A stretch of 64,000 nt of DNA from Felis catus. Taxonomy: Eukaryota. The position numbers were made by a program, and so were the translations under genes. This document shows positions 1 through 11,599 of the stretch, piece by piece. The DNA is taken from NCBI RefSeq assembly GCF_018350175.1, contig NC_058383.1:20586001-20650000 (forward strand). The letters are read 5' to 3'. Position 1 is the stretch's first letter, and each line of letters begins with the position of its first letter. The notes beneath the pieces were generated by a model. It worked only from the letters and a program-made list of their open reading frames with translations. It was not told the origin of the DNA and searched no databases.

Positions 1-199
1 CCTAGCGTACTCATATTTGTAGAGAAACAAAGGGGAATGGTGGCTGCCCAGAGCTGGCGGAAGGGAGAACGGGGAGTTAGTGTTTAGTGGGTGCAAAGAT
101 TCACATTTGCACAAAGGGTTATGGGAATGGATGTCTGCACAGTAATATGAATGTATTTAATACCACTAAACTGTGCATTCAAAAATAGTTAAAATGGTA
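1..199 (+). mobile_element. Ancient L1 (L1M/L1MB-like) 3' UTR fragment
   Basis: Resembles the L1M 3' end (gaatggtggctgcc...ggggagttagtgtttagtggg...aatgtatttaataccactaaactgtgcattcaaaaatagttaaaatggta); interrupted by the SINE at 200. Confidence 0.75.
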
Positions 200-422
200 G
201 TTTTTTTAATGTTTATTTACTTATGAGAGAGAGAGAGAGAGAGACAGAGACAGAGCATGAGCCGGGGAGGGGCAGAGAGAGAGGGAGACACAGAATCCGA
301 AACAGGCTCCAGGCTCTGAGCTGTCAGCACAGAGCCCGACGCGGGGCTCGAACTCACGGACCGTGAGATCGTGACCTGAGCTGAAGTCGGACGCTTAACC
401 GACTGAGCCACCCAGGAGCCCC
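200..422 (-). mobile_element. SINEC_Fc (felid CanSINE), full length
   Basis: Reverse complement of tRNA-like head (A/B boxes), (CT)n tract and A-tail; TSD taaaatggta at 190-199 and 423-432. Confidence 0.95.
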
Positions 423-434
423 TAAAATGGTAAC

Positions 435-493
435 TTTTTGAGAGAGAGAGAGAACGGGGGAGGAGCAGAGAGGGAGAGAGAGAATCCCAGGCA
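435..493 (-). mobile_element. CanSINE 3' remnant
   Basis: tttttgagagagag...ggaggagcagagagggagagagagaatcccaggcag matches the reversed SINE 3' half; head absent. Confidence 0.6.
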
Positions 494-1815
494 GAGGGAA
501 GAGGGAGTGTGATCGACAGGCACGGCACACCGGCGTGCCCGCGGCAGAGCAGGGAGGTCCGCTGGAACAGACCAAAGAGCACACAGAGAGTGGCGGGCAA
601 GGAAGGTAGAGAGGAAGTCAACCCCGGAAACCAAGAGAGTCATGTAAATCATTATGCGGACTTGGTTTTCTAATACGAGAAACACAGGAAAGCCGCAGTC
701 ATGACCCAGGTGCCCACGGGGGCCAGGCAGGTAAGGTCATGAGCAGGGTAGCTCAGGTAGACTGGTGGCCGACAGGCGCACCTGCCTCATCTGAATGAGG
801 CAACCCGTACCTGCTCCCCTTCGTTACAAATGTCCCCAAAGGAGAAGGCACGCCTGATTATCGCCTGTTCTGCTTTTCGACAGAAGCCGGGTATCTGGGT
901 GTTTATGTAAAGCCTCCTGATTTATTTATTTTTTTTTAATATTAGCCATGAATTCCATTTTGACAAAGCGCCATGTCTCCCCTGCCCCCCAAAGCTTCCA
1001 GTGATAGAACTGTGACAAAGTGACCCGGTTTGGGGCCTTTGCATTATGACACCCTGTTGCCACGCGATCCTAACGTCATCAGGCGCGTCTGATAGATTTG
1101 CAGGCATTAGGAAGAATCAGGCCATTATCTTCATTGCCTGCATTCAGACAAGAGATTTAACTCCCCTTTATATAGCTACCTCTTTGGTTACAATGATCCG
1201 TGAATGTGTAGGTGTCGGTTTCTGTTACAAAGTTAAGCTGGCGGAGTCCAGGGACGGGAGTCTTCCTTGGCTTTGAACTCCTACAAGAAGGCTGTACCCC
1301 TAACAGGGGGCCAGAAATGATTTATGGGACAAAGCATTAATGGTGAATGTGCAAAAATAGCCTGCGTATGTATTGAGGATGGAAGGGAAAAAAGAGACAC
1401 AGAAATGCAATTTTGATTGTGTGAGAGGTTGATATTTAAGGCAGCCATTTTTTTTTTCTGTTTTCCAAACTCCCCATACTGTTATTAGATTGATTTTACA
1501 GCTGTCAATGGGGGAAAATGTTACGATTTAAACATATCGATTCATCTTCTAGGCCTCTCCTTCCATAGTTGCTCACCCAGGGGAGAATTCACTACAACAT
1601 CCCATTCACTGGCCCCAAGGACGCACTCACACCATTGAGCTCACAACCACAAGATTTACAATTCAATATTATAGTTACTTCTGGGAATTCACATGATCTC
1701 ATCATCTTATGAGGGCCTGATGTCTTCCCTACACCCAGGAGCCAATCCAGACCAGACAATTCTGCCACAATCTCTGGGCTCTCTCTGCAAAAGGGTATAT
1801 TGAAGAAATGGTGAG

Positions 1816-2535
1816 CCTTACCTGTCAGAATGGCTCACATTAACAACTCAGGCAACAACAGGTGTTGGCGAGGGTGCGGAGAAAGAGGATCTCCTTGCGC
1901 TGCTGGTGGGAATGCAAACTGGTGCAGCCGCTCTGGAAAACAGTATGGAGGTTCCTCAAAAAACTAAAACTAGAACTACCCTACGACCTCAGCCATGGCA
2001 CTACGAGGCATTTATCCAAGGGATACAGGTGTGCGGTTTCGAAGGGACACATGCACCCCCATGTTTATAGCAGCACGATCAACAATAGCCCAAGTGTGGA
2101 AAGAGCCCAAATGTCTACTGATGGACGAATGGATGAAGAAGATGTGGTATATATATATACAACGGAGTATTACTCGGCAATCAAAAAGAATGAAATCTTG
2201 CCATTTGCAACTATGTGGTTGGAACTGGAGGGTATTATGCTAAGTGAAATTAGTCAGAGAAAAACAAAAATCATAGGACCTCACTCATATGAGGACTTTA
2301 AGAGACAAAACAGATGAACATAAGGGAAGGGAAGCAAAAATAATATAAAAACAGGAGGACAAAAACATAAGAGCCTCTTAAACATGGAGAACAAACAAAG
2401 GGTTACTGGAGGGGTTGTGGGGGGATGGGCTAAATGGGGAAGGGGCACTAAGGAATCTACTCCTGAAATCACCGTTGTACTACATGCTAACTAACTTGGA
2501 TGTAAATTTAAAAAAATAATAAATTAAATTTTTAA
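1816..2535 (+). mobile_element. 5'-truncated carnivore L1, ORF2 C-terminal remnant plus 3' UTR
   Basis: Frameshifted ORF2 peptides [80 protein letters not shown]-rich tail; TSD aaatggtgag at 1806-1815 and 2536-2545. Confidence 0.93.
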
Positions 2536-2549
2536 AAATGGTGAGTTTT

Positions 2550-2747
2550 GGGGCACCTGGGTGGCTCAGTCTGTTAAGAGTCTGACTCTGGACTTCAGGT
2601 CATGATTTCATGCTTTATGAGTTCGAGCCCCACACCGAGCTCTGTGCTGACGATAGCGGGGAGCCCGCTCAGGATTCTCTCTCTCCCTCTCTCTCCCTCC
2701 TCCGCTTGCTCTCTCTCTCTCTCTCTCTCTCAAAATAAATTTCAAAA
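2550..2747 (+). mobile_element. CanSINE (older, diverged)
   Basis: ggggcacctgggtggctcagtc head, gttcgagccc B box, (CT)n, aaataaa tail; degenerate TSD aaatggtgagtttt / agatggtgggtctt. Confidence 0.9.
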
Positions 2748-3522
2748 AGATGGTGGGTCTTCTATCGTGAGGATCAACACGGCCAAAGCAGGGTCTGGGT
2801 GAAGGGACAAACAAATGACATGCTGGCCTCAGTGACTGTAGGGGGGCCGGGGGGGGGGGCAGGCACCAGGTCTAAGAGATGGATCCTTGTCCTCATGCCA
2901 GAGTGGTGTGGGAAGTCAGCCGAGGCCTGGCACCTGGACGCCAAGCGACACTCAAACCCTGGGGCCCAGATTCATAGCAAACATCCCTCCATTTTTCCCC
3001 CAAGCCTACCTCCACCCACTCGCAGCCATTGGGAAAATGATGTGATTGTGGGTATTTGTAAATGGTGCTATGTTAGGCAAACGCCCTGTGCGTGGGGGTC
3101 CATGTGGGCTCTGAAGTGAGAACAGAGGACCTGTATATGAGGCAGCGGAAGCGATCGGTCCTAACTGGATGTACCTACTCAGAATCTCCACCCTGTGGAT
3201 TTGAACCGACAATGTGGACAGGCAAACGGAACCATGATGGATGGCCTCTGGTGCAGACGACCCACCTCAACCCTGCTCTAGGGTCTGACTAAAGAAAATT
3301 TAAAAACAGACAGACCTGGTACTAAGTGAGCCCTGTTAATTTCCAAACCCATCCTTGACCCCTTCCCTCCACGGGGCGAGGTCAGCTGCAGTGCATGGTC
3401 TGGGCACGACCCTAGGGGGGATAGATTTCATTTCTATCCCCCCCCCACCCCCGTGCCTTGGGGTGATGCTGTTCTGTAGAGCAGGCCCAGAGTTGAGCCA
3501 CAGTTAAGATAGAAAGAAGAGA

Positions 3523-3745
3523 GGGGCGCCTGGGTGGCGCAGTCGGTTAAGCGTCCGACTTCAGCCAGGTCACGATCTCGCGGTCCGTGAGTTCGAGCCC
3601 CGCGTCAGGCTCTGGGCTGATGGCTCAGAGCCTGGAGCCTGTTTCCGATTCTGTGTCTCCCTCTCTCTCTGCCCCTCCCCCGTTCATGCTCTGTCTCTCT
3701 CTGTCCCCAAAATAAATAAATGTTAAAAAAAAAATTTTTTTTTTA
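3523..3745 (+). mobile_element. SINEC_Fc, young full-length copy
   Basis: Intact head ggggcgcctgggtggcgcagtcgg, B box gttcgagccc, CpGs retained; TSD approximately aagatagaa(a)ga(a)gaga on both sides. Confidence 0.96.
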
Positions 3746-4636
3746 AAGATAGAAGAGAGAGAACACAGCCATCTCCTCCTCTGGTCCCTGTCTCTAATCT
3801 AAGCAGAGGCAGGACACAGGTGCCAAGAGAGCCCATGGCCCCTGTGAGCAGGGACCAAAGCTGCCGGCAAAAGTTGCCATGTTTGCATCGATTACACCGG
3901 CAACGCTTCCTCCTTTAGGGAAGAACGAGGAAGAGCTGGATCTTGGAAGCACCCCTGACACCCCTTCTTGAAAGGGAAGAAGCATCGACAAAAGCTCCCT
4001 TTTCTGTGCAAATACAAACATAGGAAAACACACTGCTCTCTGCTTTACGGGACAGCGTGCACGGATCGAGCCCTTCCGGGCACTCTGGGCAACTTTTCAC
4101 AGACTCGCTCACTTAACCCTACCAACAATCTCCCAGCGTAGCTCTGATGAAATGATGCTCCATGAGACCAACTGATAAACAGCTGGCAAGTGGAGCATGA
4201 GGCAAAGAACCCAAAGGCATCACACCAGAGCCTGGACTCTGAACCCCTGTGCCAGAGCTCACGCACGCAACCCTACGCCTCCCTTGACGGGGAGGAACTT
4301 GGGGTCTGCCCGCGATGCCACAGAAGGCTGGGTCCAGAACACCCGCCTGTCCGAACCCACGTCTAATTACACCGTGAGACGGGTGCTGCTGACAAGCGGT
4401 TATAAAAACCCCCAAGCCTCTGATCTGAGGGGCAGGGAGAAACTCACTGGAGAAGATCCCACGGTCAACGGCTGAGCCAAAGCATCAGGGCCCTGGCTTG
4501 CTACCTCCTCCTTAACTCCAGCCGTCTAGAGGCATAGGAGCCAGGAGGAAGACGGGTTAACGGGCAGCCTTCCCCTCTGGTCCCGAAGCCGGAGCCTGCA
4601 GTCGGGGGCCGTGGCTGCGGCTGTGTTTGTCCTCCT

Positions 4637-4806
4637 TGGCTGCACCTCAGAACCGCTTGGGCTAAATCTTCAACAAATTCTTAAAGGCTCCAATGCAATT
4701 GGCCTGAAGGGGAGCCCTGGCATAAAGGCTCCTCCCACCCCCGCCCAGCCCCCTTTTTAAGTTTCCAGGGGATTCTACCATAGAACAATGGTAGGGAAAC
4801 ACTGGG
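4637..4806. mobile_element. MER5-like hAT-Charlie MITE remnant
   Basis: ggctgcacctcagaacc...tttttaagtttccaggggattct...gggaaacactg resembles the MER5 family; heavily diverged. Confidence 0.4.
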
Positions 4807-5844
4807 CTGGGAAATGTACCTGAAACTGACAGTTACAATTAACATCTCCCCCTAAAGTAACTTCCATCTAAGACACCTGGGGCTTGACTGGGCAATGACA
4901 CTTGAAATGGAAACAATCACCATCATTTATGGAGTTTAATTTCAGCGTTTGATACTTGCGCCTGGTCTGTGTGCCCAGGGCACGGGGAGGGGAGCCCCCG
5001 GGAGGGTGAAATTAAATGATGAGGCCATACAAATGGGACAGAATCAGCAATGCGCTGCCCTTGTTTGGTAAACACACCCAGTGCTTAATGGTGCCTAATG
5101 GTGCCTGTAATTGATGTCTAAAGTTATTTAAAAGTAAATTTACTAGAAAATAATTAGCAATTTTATAGTTCACTACTTCCTCATTTTGTGGATGAAAATT
5201 TTTTCAAGGCTTTTATCAGGCACCACAATACAGTGTGCTGTGAAATCACTTGCCCAAAATGGAGGTGGACAGGGGACCCCCAAAGAGATAAATAAATTAA
5301 AAAAAAACACGTTTGATTAGCTATTTTCATCCATTGGAATGTAGGCCTACCTTTCCCTCCACCCCCTCCCAACCTCCCATTTGAATCTGCAATAAATTAT
5401 CCTTAATCAACATCAAGGGGGAGTTGTAGGATGGCCGCTTGGGGATGGTTTAGCTTTGACCTTGGGAGTTCTTAGCCTTTGCAGTGGGAGTACAGAAGAA
5501 AATTGTTTTCTCATTAGGCCAGATACATCTTTCCTTAACGAGTTCTTAGAAATAGTCATTGCAACACATCAGCTCACCTCTCCCTCTTTCTTCCCAGCTA
5601 GCCCAGGGCTGCAGGAGAAATAGAGTGATAGAAATGAATGTGCTAAATTTTTTACTAAAGATTCACTAAAGAATTTGCTTGGCTGTCTCTTTCCGGAGCC
5701 CTCCGCTCACAGCCAATAGGGAAATGAGTTGCTAGTGCTTTCAGTAACATAGAGGCTCTCAGGGTCTTTCAGAAACCTTGTGGATGGTGACCAGTGTCTG
5801 CATCTGGGAAATGGGTGTGATAAATTACCTCTGCCTGCAGCTAA

Positions 5845-6020
5845 AAGCATGGTCCAGGGACCAATGGCATCAGCATCCCTGGGAGCTTGTTAGAGGCGCA
5901 GAATCGTGGGCCCCTCCCCAGAGCTATTTAAACAGAATCCCCAGGGGTGGAGACCAGACACCTGCGTTTTAATGCATTTTCAAGTACTTTTTAGTGCATG
6001 CTCAAATTTGAGAACCAATA
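5845..6020 (+). mobile_element. MER5A-like hAT-Charlie MITE
   Basis: tggtccagggaccaatggcatcagcatccctgggagcttgttagaggcgcagaatc...tcaaatttgagaacca matches MER5A. Confidence 0.8.
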
Positions 6021-7329
6021 CCATATGAGGATACGGTGAGCAGCAAATGTGATCACAGATGGCATTATGGTCTGGAAGAAAAAAAAAATTGGAATGTGCA
6101 TGGAGATTGGGGGTATTATTGTCTCCCTGCATATTATTAAGTGTAAATGTCACAAAAAATATTATGAAGTTTATAGCCTAGAAAACTCATCTTGTAATTG
6201 CATCGGAACTCCCTGTGTTGTTAAATCTTGAAGCCTTCAGAGGCCGACACATACCAGGAAGCAGGCTGATGTAAGAGTTTAAGGTCTTGCAGGGATGGGA
6301 GTGAAGAAGTGACCCGTGCCCTGCCTACAACCACTCCAATGGTGTCGAAAACAATAGAATTGTGCAGTCCACGTAAAAGAGCTCTGCACATCGCATGCAG
6401 TCCGAGGACTAATCCCATGCACCGTCTGAATGTTTGCACTGCTCAACAAAACCGGGTCCCCCGTGTGGTTTGCGTTACTTCCCTTCAATTTTTGACATCA
6501 TAGGAATTAATTAAGAGTCCAGGGCAGTCCAGCACTTTCCCTGAGTGATGGTTTATGTGAGCCATTTCCCCGTGGTTTGATCGCATCAGCTCTGAGAAGA
6601 TGCTATCATTTCCCTCTGGGTGAGAAGTCTCTGTTCACTCTCTGGTGGCAGAGCACTTCCTAAAACCAAGAGTCCAGAGGGCGGCCAGCTGGAATAATGG
6701 CATCTGGAGGGTCTGTGCTCAAGGTCAGGCTCAGCACTGGCGAGCCACGAGCAGTGGCTTCTTTGTCGGAATGGCATATAATGATATCATGACCGTTTTA
6801 AAGGAGGAAGCCCCCCCTCATGTGGCAGGAGCCTTACGCAGCAAGTTAACTGTTCTTCCAAGAAGTTCCCATCTAGTAAAAATGACCGATAGCCTTGTGT
6901 TTTGTGGGTGGCAGACGTGCTTAGCACAAGTGCCTTCCCTGCGCGTCCCGCAAGCTCTCCGCGTGGCTAGAAGCTGACAAGTAGGGAAAGCCTCCCCTGG
7001 GGTAGATTACTTAACCTCTCTGTCTTTTGTTTCTTCTTCTGCAGAATGGGAATCATAACCTGACTCAGAGTCAAGTGCCATCGCCAATGGAGAAACGATT
7101 TATAACCTGCAGCCTGTAGAGTTAAGGAGTCTAGTCTACAGCTCGTCTGTGTCGGTCCAGCAATAGCTCAGTAAATCTCTTTCCTCTGGGGTCTCTGAGG
7201 TGACAGAGCCCGGCTGGCTACCACGCTGGGAAAATCCCCACCATGTACTTGCGAGGAATATAAAATCCCATCTCTGCTTTCTTAAGGAAGCCCGGGGAAG
7301 CCCCGCAGGGGAACATGTACAATGAGAGC

Positions 7330-7490
7330 CCGAGTTGGAGTCCTTGCTCTGTCACTTACTTTTTATGTGACCTTCACTCCCCTGGGCTTCAGTTTCCTCA
7401 TCTGGAAAATGGGGCAATAGTAGTCCCTACATCGTTAGTGCTTGCAAGGCTTGTTGGGTAACACCGAGCAAAATAATCTATGTCAGGTGT
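7330..7490 (+). mobile_element. MIR
   Basis: ctctgtcacttact...tgtgacctt...cttcagtttcctcatctggaaaatggggcaatagtagtccctac, the MIR core; a smaller MIR piece lies at about 7000-7060. Confidence 0.75.
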
Positions 7491-7514
7491 TTGATATTTC
7501 TTCACCCCCTCGGC

Positions 7515-8100
7515 GAGTATTTATTGAGTGCTTACTGTATGTAAGCTCAGGGCAGGGGGGCACAGGGTGGCGCGTCACAGCCAGCGGTCTCTGCCCTTCC
7601 AGGGGTTATGTTCCCATGGAGGAGAAGCAAGGAATTGAACACATACAGGTGATGAAGTCTGCAACATAACAGGCACTGAGAAGTCCTAGGAACAAAATTA
7701 CTGGCTAAAGGGTTAGAGCTTGGGGCGGGGGGGGGGGGGAGGGCGGCTATGATTTTAAAGTTTATTTATTTATTCTGAGAGAGTGTGTGTGAGCAGGGGA
7801 GGGCAGAGAGAGAGAGAGGGAGAGACAGAGAGCCCCGGGCAGGCTCCGCGCCGTCGGTGCAGAGCCCAATGCGGGGCTCGAACTCGCGAACCATGAGATC
7901 ATGACCTGAGCGGAAACCCAAGAGTTGGATGCTTAACTCACTGAGCCACCCAGGCGTCCCAAGGGCGGTTATGATTTTAAATGAGGTGCTTGGGGGCCTT
8001 GCTGAGATGGGGACATCTAAGGTGAGACCTGAGGGACAGAGGCAACAAGTGATGGAGACAGATATCTGGCAGAAGAACACTCCAGGTAGAGGGAACAGAA
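7515..8100 (-). mobile_element. L2 3' fragment split by a SINE
   Basis: gtatttattgagtgcttactgtatgtaagc...gacatctaaggtgagacctgagggacaga...ctccaggtagagggaacag is typical reversed L2. Confidence 0.7.
7760..7960 (-). mobile_element. CanSINE
   Basis: Full reversed SINE; 20-bp TSD agggcgg(c/t)tatgattttaaa at 7740-7759 and 7962-7981. Confidence 0.95.
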
Positions 8101-8749
8101 CTTGACACTTAGTAAGTGCTCAATAAACAGTAGCTTAAAATAAAGGAGAAGCCCTGTGAATTGATGGCATTTAGTCAGACAGAAGGGCGGGAATTCTTAT
8201 CACGATGATAAAGTGCTAAGGGGAGCTTTCACGTCTGGAGTCTCCGAAGGCTTTCAGGTGGGATCCTGGACTGTGTACCTTCCCTCGTGAAGTCCTCTGT
8301 GATGTTTTCAGCTGAAAAGTCCGCTGCCCATCACAGCCTGGCACAGGTACATTGGAAACGGGAATGGCTCTTCTCTTTCATTTACCCATGATGCGAGCCC
8401 TTCGCGAGACATCAGGAGCTCGGTGGGTAAAGGGGCAACAAGTGAGACGAACAGCGGGTAAAGGGCTTGTTCGTGGCTCAAAGGTAGATAAGTAGTGGGG
8501 AGGTGGACCCCGATGGGGATTATAGAACGCTCGGCCGGGCGCTGTCCTTGTTAAATCCTATCTTTATTCCTTCATTTGACTCTTCACTCATCCCTGCGCT
8601 CAGTAGTTACCGCATCAATCCTAAGACGAGACATCAGGGAACAGAGATGAATGAGACATTCCTGCTCCCAGGGATCTCACGTCCAGTGGAAAACCATGGC
8701 TCAGGGAAATGTACTGCGGAGTCCTAAGTGACATGGCAGAGGATTTAAA

Positions 8750-8957
8750 GTGCCTGGGGGGCTCTGTCGGTTAAACATCTGACACTTGGTTTCGACTCAG
8801 GTCACGATCTCATGGTTCCTGAGTTTGAGCGCCATGTCTGTGCTGACGGTGCGGAGCCTGCTTGGGGTTTTCTCTCTCTCCCTCTCTCTGCCCCTCCCCT
8901 GCTCGCACTCTCTCTCTCTCTCTCTCAAAATAAATGAACTTAAAAAATAAATAAATA
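8750..8957 (+). mobile_element. CanSINE (older), host of a nested insertion in its tail
   Basis: gtgcctggggggctctgtcggtt head, (CT)n tract, aaataaat tail. Confidence 0.9.
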
Positions 8958-9175
8958 GGGGCGCCTGGGTGGCTCAGTCGGTTAAGCAGCCGACTTCGGC
9001 TTAGGTCATGGTCTCGCCGTCCGTGAGCTCGAGCCCCGCGTCGGGCTCTGTGCTGACAGCTCAGAGCCTGGAGCCTGTTTCGGATTCTGTGTCTCCCTCT
9101 CTCTGACCCTCCCCCGTTCATGCTCTGTCTCTCTCTGTCTCAAAAATCAATAAACATTAAAAAAAATTTTTTTTT
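8958..9175 (+). mobile_element. SINEC_Fc inserted into the A-tail of the preceding SINE
   Basis: Full-length copy; TSD aaataaataaata at 8945-8957 and 9176-9188. Confidence 0.95.
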
Positions 9176-9199
9176 AAATAAATAAATAAAAATAAAATG

Positions 9200-9510
9200 C
9201 AGAGGAGGGCACAACCTGTTCAGCCAGGGAATCATGGAGGGAACATTTCCATCGGGTCTTTAAGCATGAATATTATTTCGCAGGAAAAGAAAGGACTGGT
9301 GTAAGGAAGACATCACAGTACAGGGCAAGGCAAACACTGTGTAGGAGATGATGCCAAGCCTGTGTAGCAGGAGCATTGAGTATGGAGTAGTTGCTGTGGT
9401 GGAGACGGGAGGAGTAGTTTGGGGACAGATTTTGAAGCCCTTATGTGCTAAGCTGAGGAATTTGGAATCTATCATGCAGGCAGTGGGGAACCATGAAAAA
9501 CACTTTATTG
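9200..9510 (-). mobile_element. L2 fragment
   Basis: ggggacagattttgaagcccttatgtgctaagctgaggaatttggaatctatc...cagtggggaaccatgaa is a characteristic reversed L2 segment. Confidence 0.65.
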
Positions 9511-9529
9511 GTTTCTCAGCATCTCCTTT

Positions 9530-10248
9530 CGGGATCATTCTCTCCCATTCAATAATGATGTTTTCCAAGACAAGAGAAGGGGCTGGCTCTGTCCGGTCCC
9601 CAGATGTGACTTAAGCCAGACCATGAGAGTACTTTAGATCCTTGGCCACAGTGACTGGTTCCTGAGTGGCCATGTGACCCCTTTTTGATGGAGCTCTTAG
9701 GAAAATAGGCTTTCTGTGGAATTGAAAAGTGTGGTTTAGGCTGAGCTGCAAGCAGCCATAACAATATCACGTGACAAGAGATCATTGAAGGCAAAATATT
9801 GGAGGACGGAGTGGGTCAAGAAGCAGGGAGTGAAAAAGAGAAAACTTCTTATGGGGCGCCTGGGTGGCGCAGTTGGTTAAGCGTCCGACTTCAGCCAGGT
9901 CACTATCTCGCGGTCTGTGAGTTCGAGCCCCGTGTCAGGCTCTGGGCTGATGGCTCAGAGCCTGGAGCCTGTTTCCGATTCTGTGTCTCCCTCTCTCTCT
10001 GCCCCTCCCCCGTTCATGCTCTGTCTCTCGCTGTCCCCCCAAAAAATAAATAAACGTTGAAAAAAAATTAAAAAAAAAAAAAAAGAGAAAACTTCCTAAT
10101 TACCCAAATCCTGGGTGCAGCTATATCTTAAGCCGGCCACCTTTGGAAACTTTAGCTACACGAGCCAGTGAATTTCCTTTAGTCCTCATTCCCCTGCGTG
10201 ACTCGTGCTGTCTGCCACTTGTAGCTAAAGAAGTGACTGACTAATACA
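9530..10248 (+). mobile_element. Old MaLR solo LTR (MLT1-type) interrupted by a SINE
   Basis: gtggccatgtgacc, gagccagtgaatttccttt and the terminal ccacttgtagctaaagaagtgactgactaataca resemble old MLT1 LTRs. Confidence 0.6.
9853..10080 (+). mobile_element. SINEC_Fc, young copy
   Basis: Full length with long A tail; TSD aaaagagaaaacttc on both flanks. Confidence 0.96.
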
Positions 10249-10356
10249 GGAATCACGAGTAGTTTATTAGTAAGAGGATGATACAGTCAGTCTCCCTTGT
10301 CAGTTAGCATGACTCCGGATGCAGAACGAATTACAAATTCAAAAGGGAGTAAACTA

Positions 10357-10530
10357 GGGCATCTGGGGGCCTCAGTTGGTTCAGCGCCTGACTCCTGATC
10401 TCACGGTGAGTGGGTTTGAGCCCCACGTTGGGCTCGTGCTCAGCATGGAGCTTACTTGAGATTCTCTTCCTCTCTTTCTGCCTCTCCCCTGCTTGCTTGC
10501 TCTCTCTCCCTCAAAAAAAAAAATCAGAAA
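10357..10530 (+). mobile_element. Old CanSINE with internal deletion
   Basis: Diverged head and tail; TSD aaaagg(g/a)agtaaacta at 10341-10356 and 10531-10546. Confidence 0.85.
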
Positions 10531-10690
10531 AAAAGGAAGTAAACTAGTGAAAGGGAGACCACTTATGGGGAGGTCTCAGAAGATCATGTAAGAAAAATAT
10601 AAATGTTGAGTATAAGTATGTCCCATGCAATTATCTGCTAAATCTGACCTTCCTACGTTAGGTGATAAGAGTAGCTGAATTCTGGACATC

Positions 10691-11096
10691 TTTTCTTTTT
10701 TGTTTTTTTAATTTAAATTTTAGTTAGGTAACATACAGTGCGATTCGGGTTTCAGGAATAGAATGCATTACTTATATACAACAGCCATCACTCATCTAGC
10801 CCATCCCCCACCCACCTCCTGCCATCAACCCTCTCAGTGTGTTTGTTCTCTATTGTTAAGAGTCTCTTATGGTTTGTTTCCATCTCTTCTCTTTCCCCCC
10901 TTTCCCATCTGTTCATCTGTTTTTGTTTCTCAAATTCCACATACGAGAGAAATCATATATTTGTCTTTCTCTGATTGACTTTTCCTTAGCATGATACATT
11001 CTAGCTCCATCTACATCTTTGCAAGTGGCAAGATTTCATTCTTTTTGATGGCTGAGTAATATTCCATTATATGTGTAGGTATCTGTACACACACAC

Positions 11097-11139
<43 letters not shown>

Positions 11140-11283
11140 ACATCTTCTTTATCCATTCATCAGTCGACGGACATTTCGGCTCTCTCCATCGTTTGGATAT
11201 TGTTGATAGTGCTGCTATAGACACCGGGGTGTGTGCACTCCTCTGAATCTGTATTTTTGTCTCCTTTGGGTAAATACTAATCG
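10691..11283 (-). mobile_element. Carnivore L1 3' fragment
   Basis: T-rich reversed tail, 3' UTR, and ORF2 remnant SIAALSTISKRWREPKCPSTDEWIKKMW. Confidence 0.9.
11087..11138. repeat. (CA)n microsatellite inside L1
   Basis: About 26 CA units with one interruption. Confidence 0.95.
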
Positions 11284-11314
11284 TGGACTTTTTTTTTTTA
11301 AATTATATGCACGT

Positions 11315-11547
11315 GGGGTGCCTGGGTGGCTCAGTCGGTTGAGCGTCCGACTTCAGCTCAGGTCATGATCTCACAATTCGTGAGTTCGAGCCCCGTGTCA
11401 GGCTCTGTGCTGACAGCTCAGAACCTGGAGCCTGCTTCCGATTCTGTGTCTCCCTCTCTCTCTGCTCCTCCCCGGCTCACACCCTGTCTCTCTCTCTCAA
11501 AAATAAATAAAGATTAAAAAAAAATTTTTAATAAAAAATAAATAAAA
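11315..11547 (+). mobile_element. SINEC_Fc
   Basis: Full length; TSD aaattat(a/g)tgcacg at 11300-11313 and 11548-11561. Confidence 0.95.
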
Positions 11548-11599
11548 AAATTATGTGCACGGTATAGAAGACAGAGAAGAGCAAGAAAGAACATAGGCT

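Noticed and set aside
783..802. Perfect 8-bp hairpin tgcctcat-ctga-atgaggca
   Set aside because: Short stem expected by chance in 64 kb, and possibly within an old DNA-transposon remnant; no terminator or miRNA context
1862..2317. 151-aa and 82-aa ORFs with recognisable protein motifs
   Set aside because: Frameshifted L1 ORF2 C-terminal remnant in a 5'-truncated element
3523..3610. tRNA-like A and B boxes
   Set aside because: Part of the tRNA-derived SINE head, not a tRNA gene; the same applies to all SINE copies
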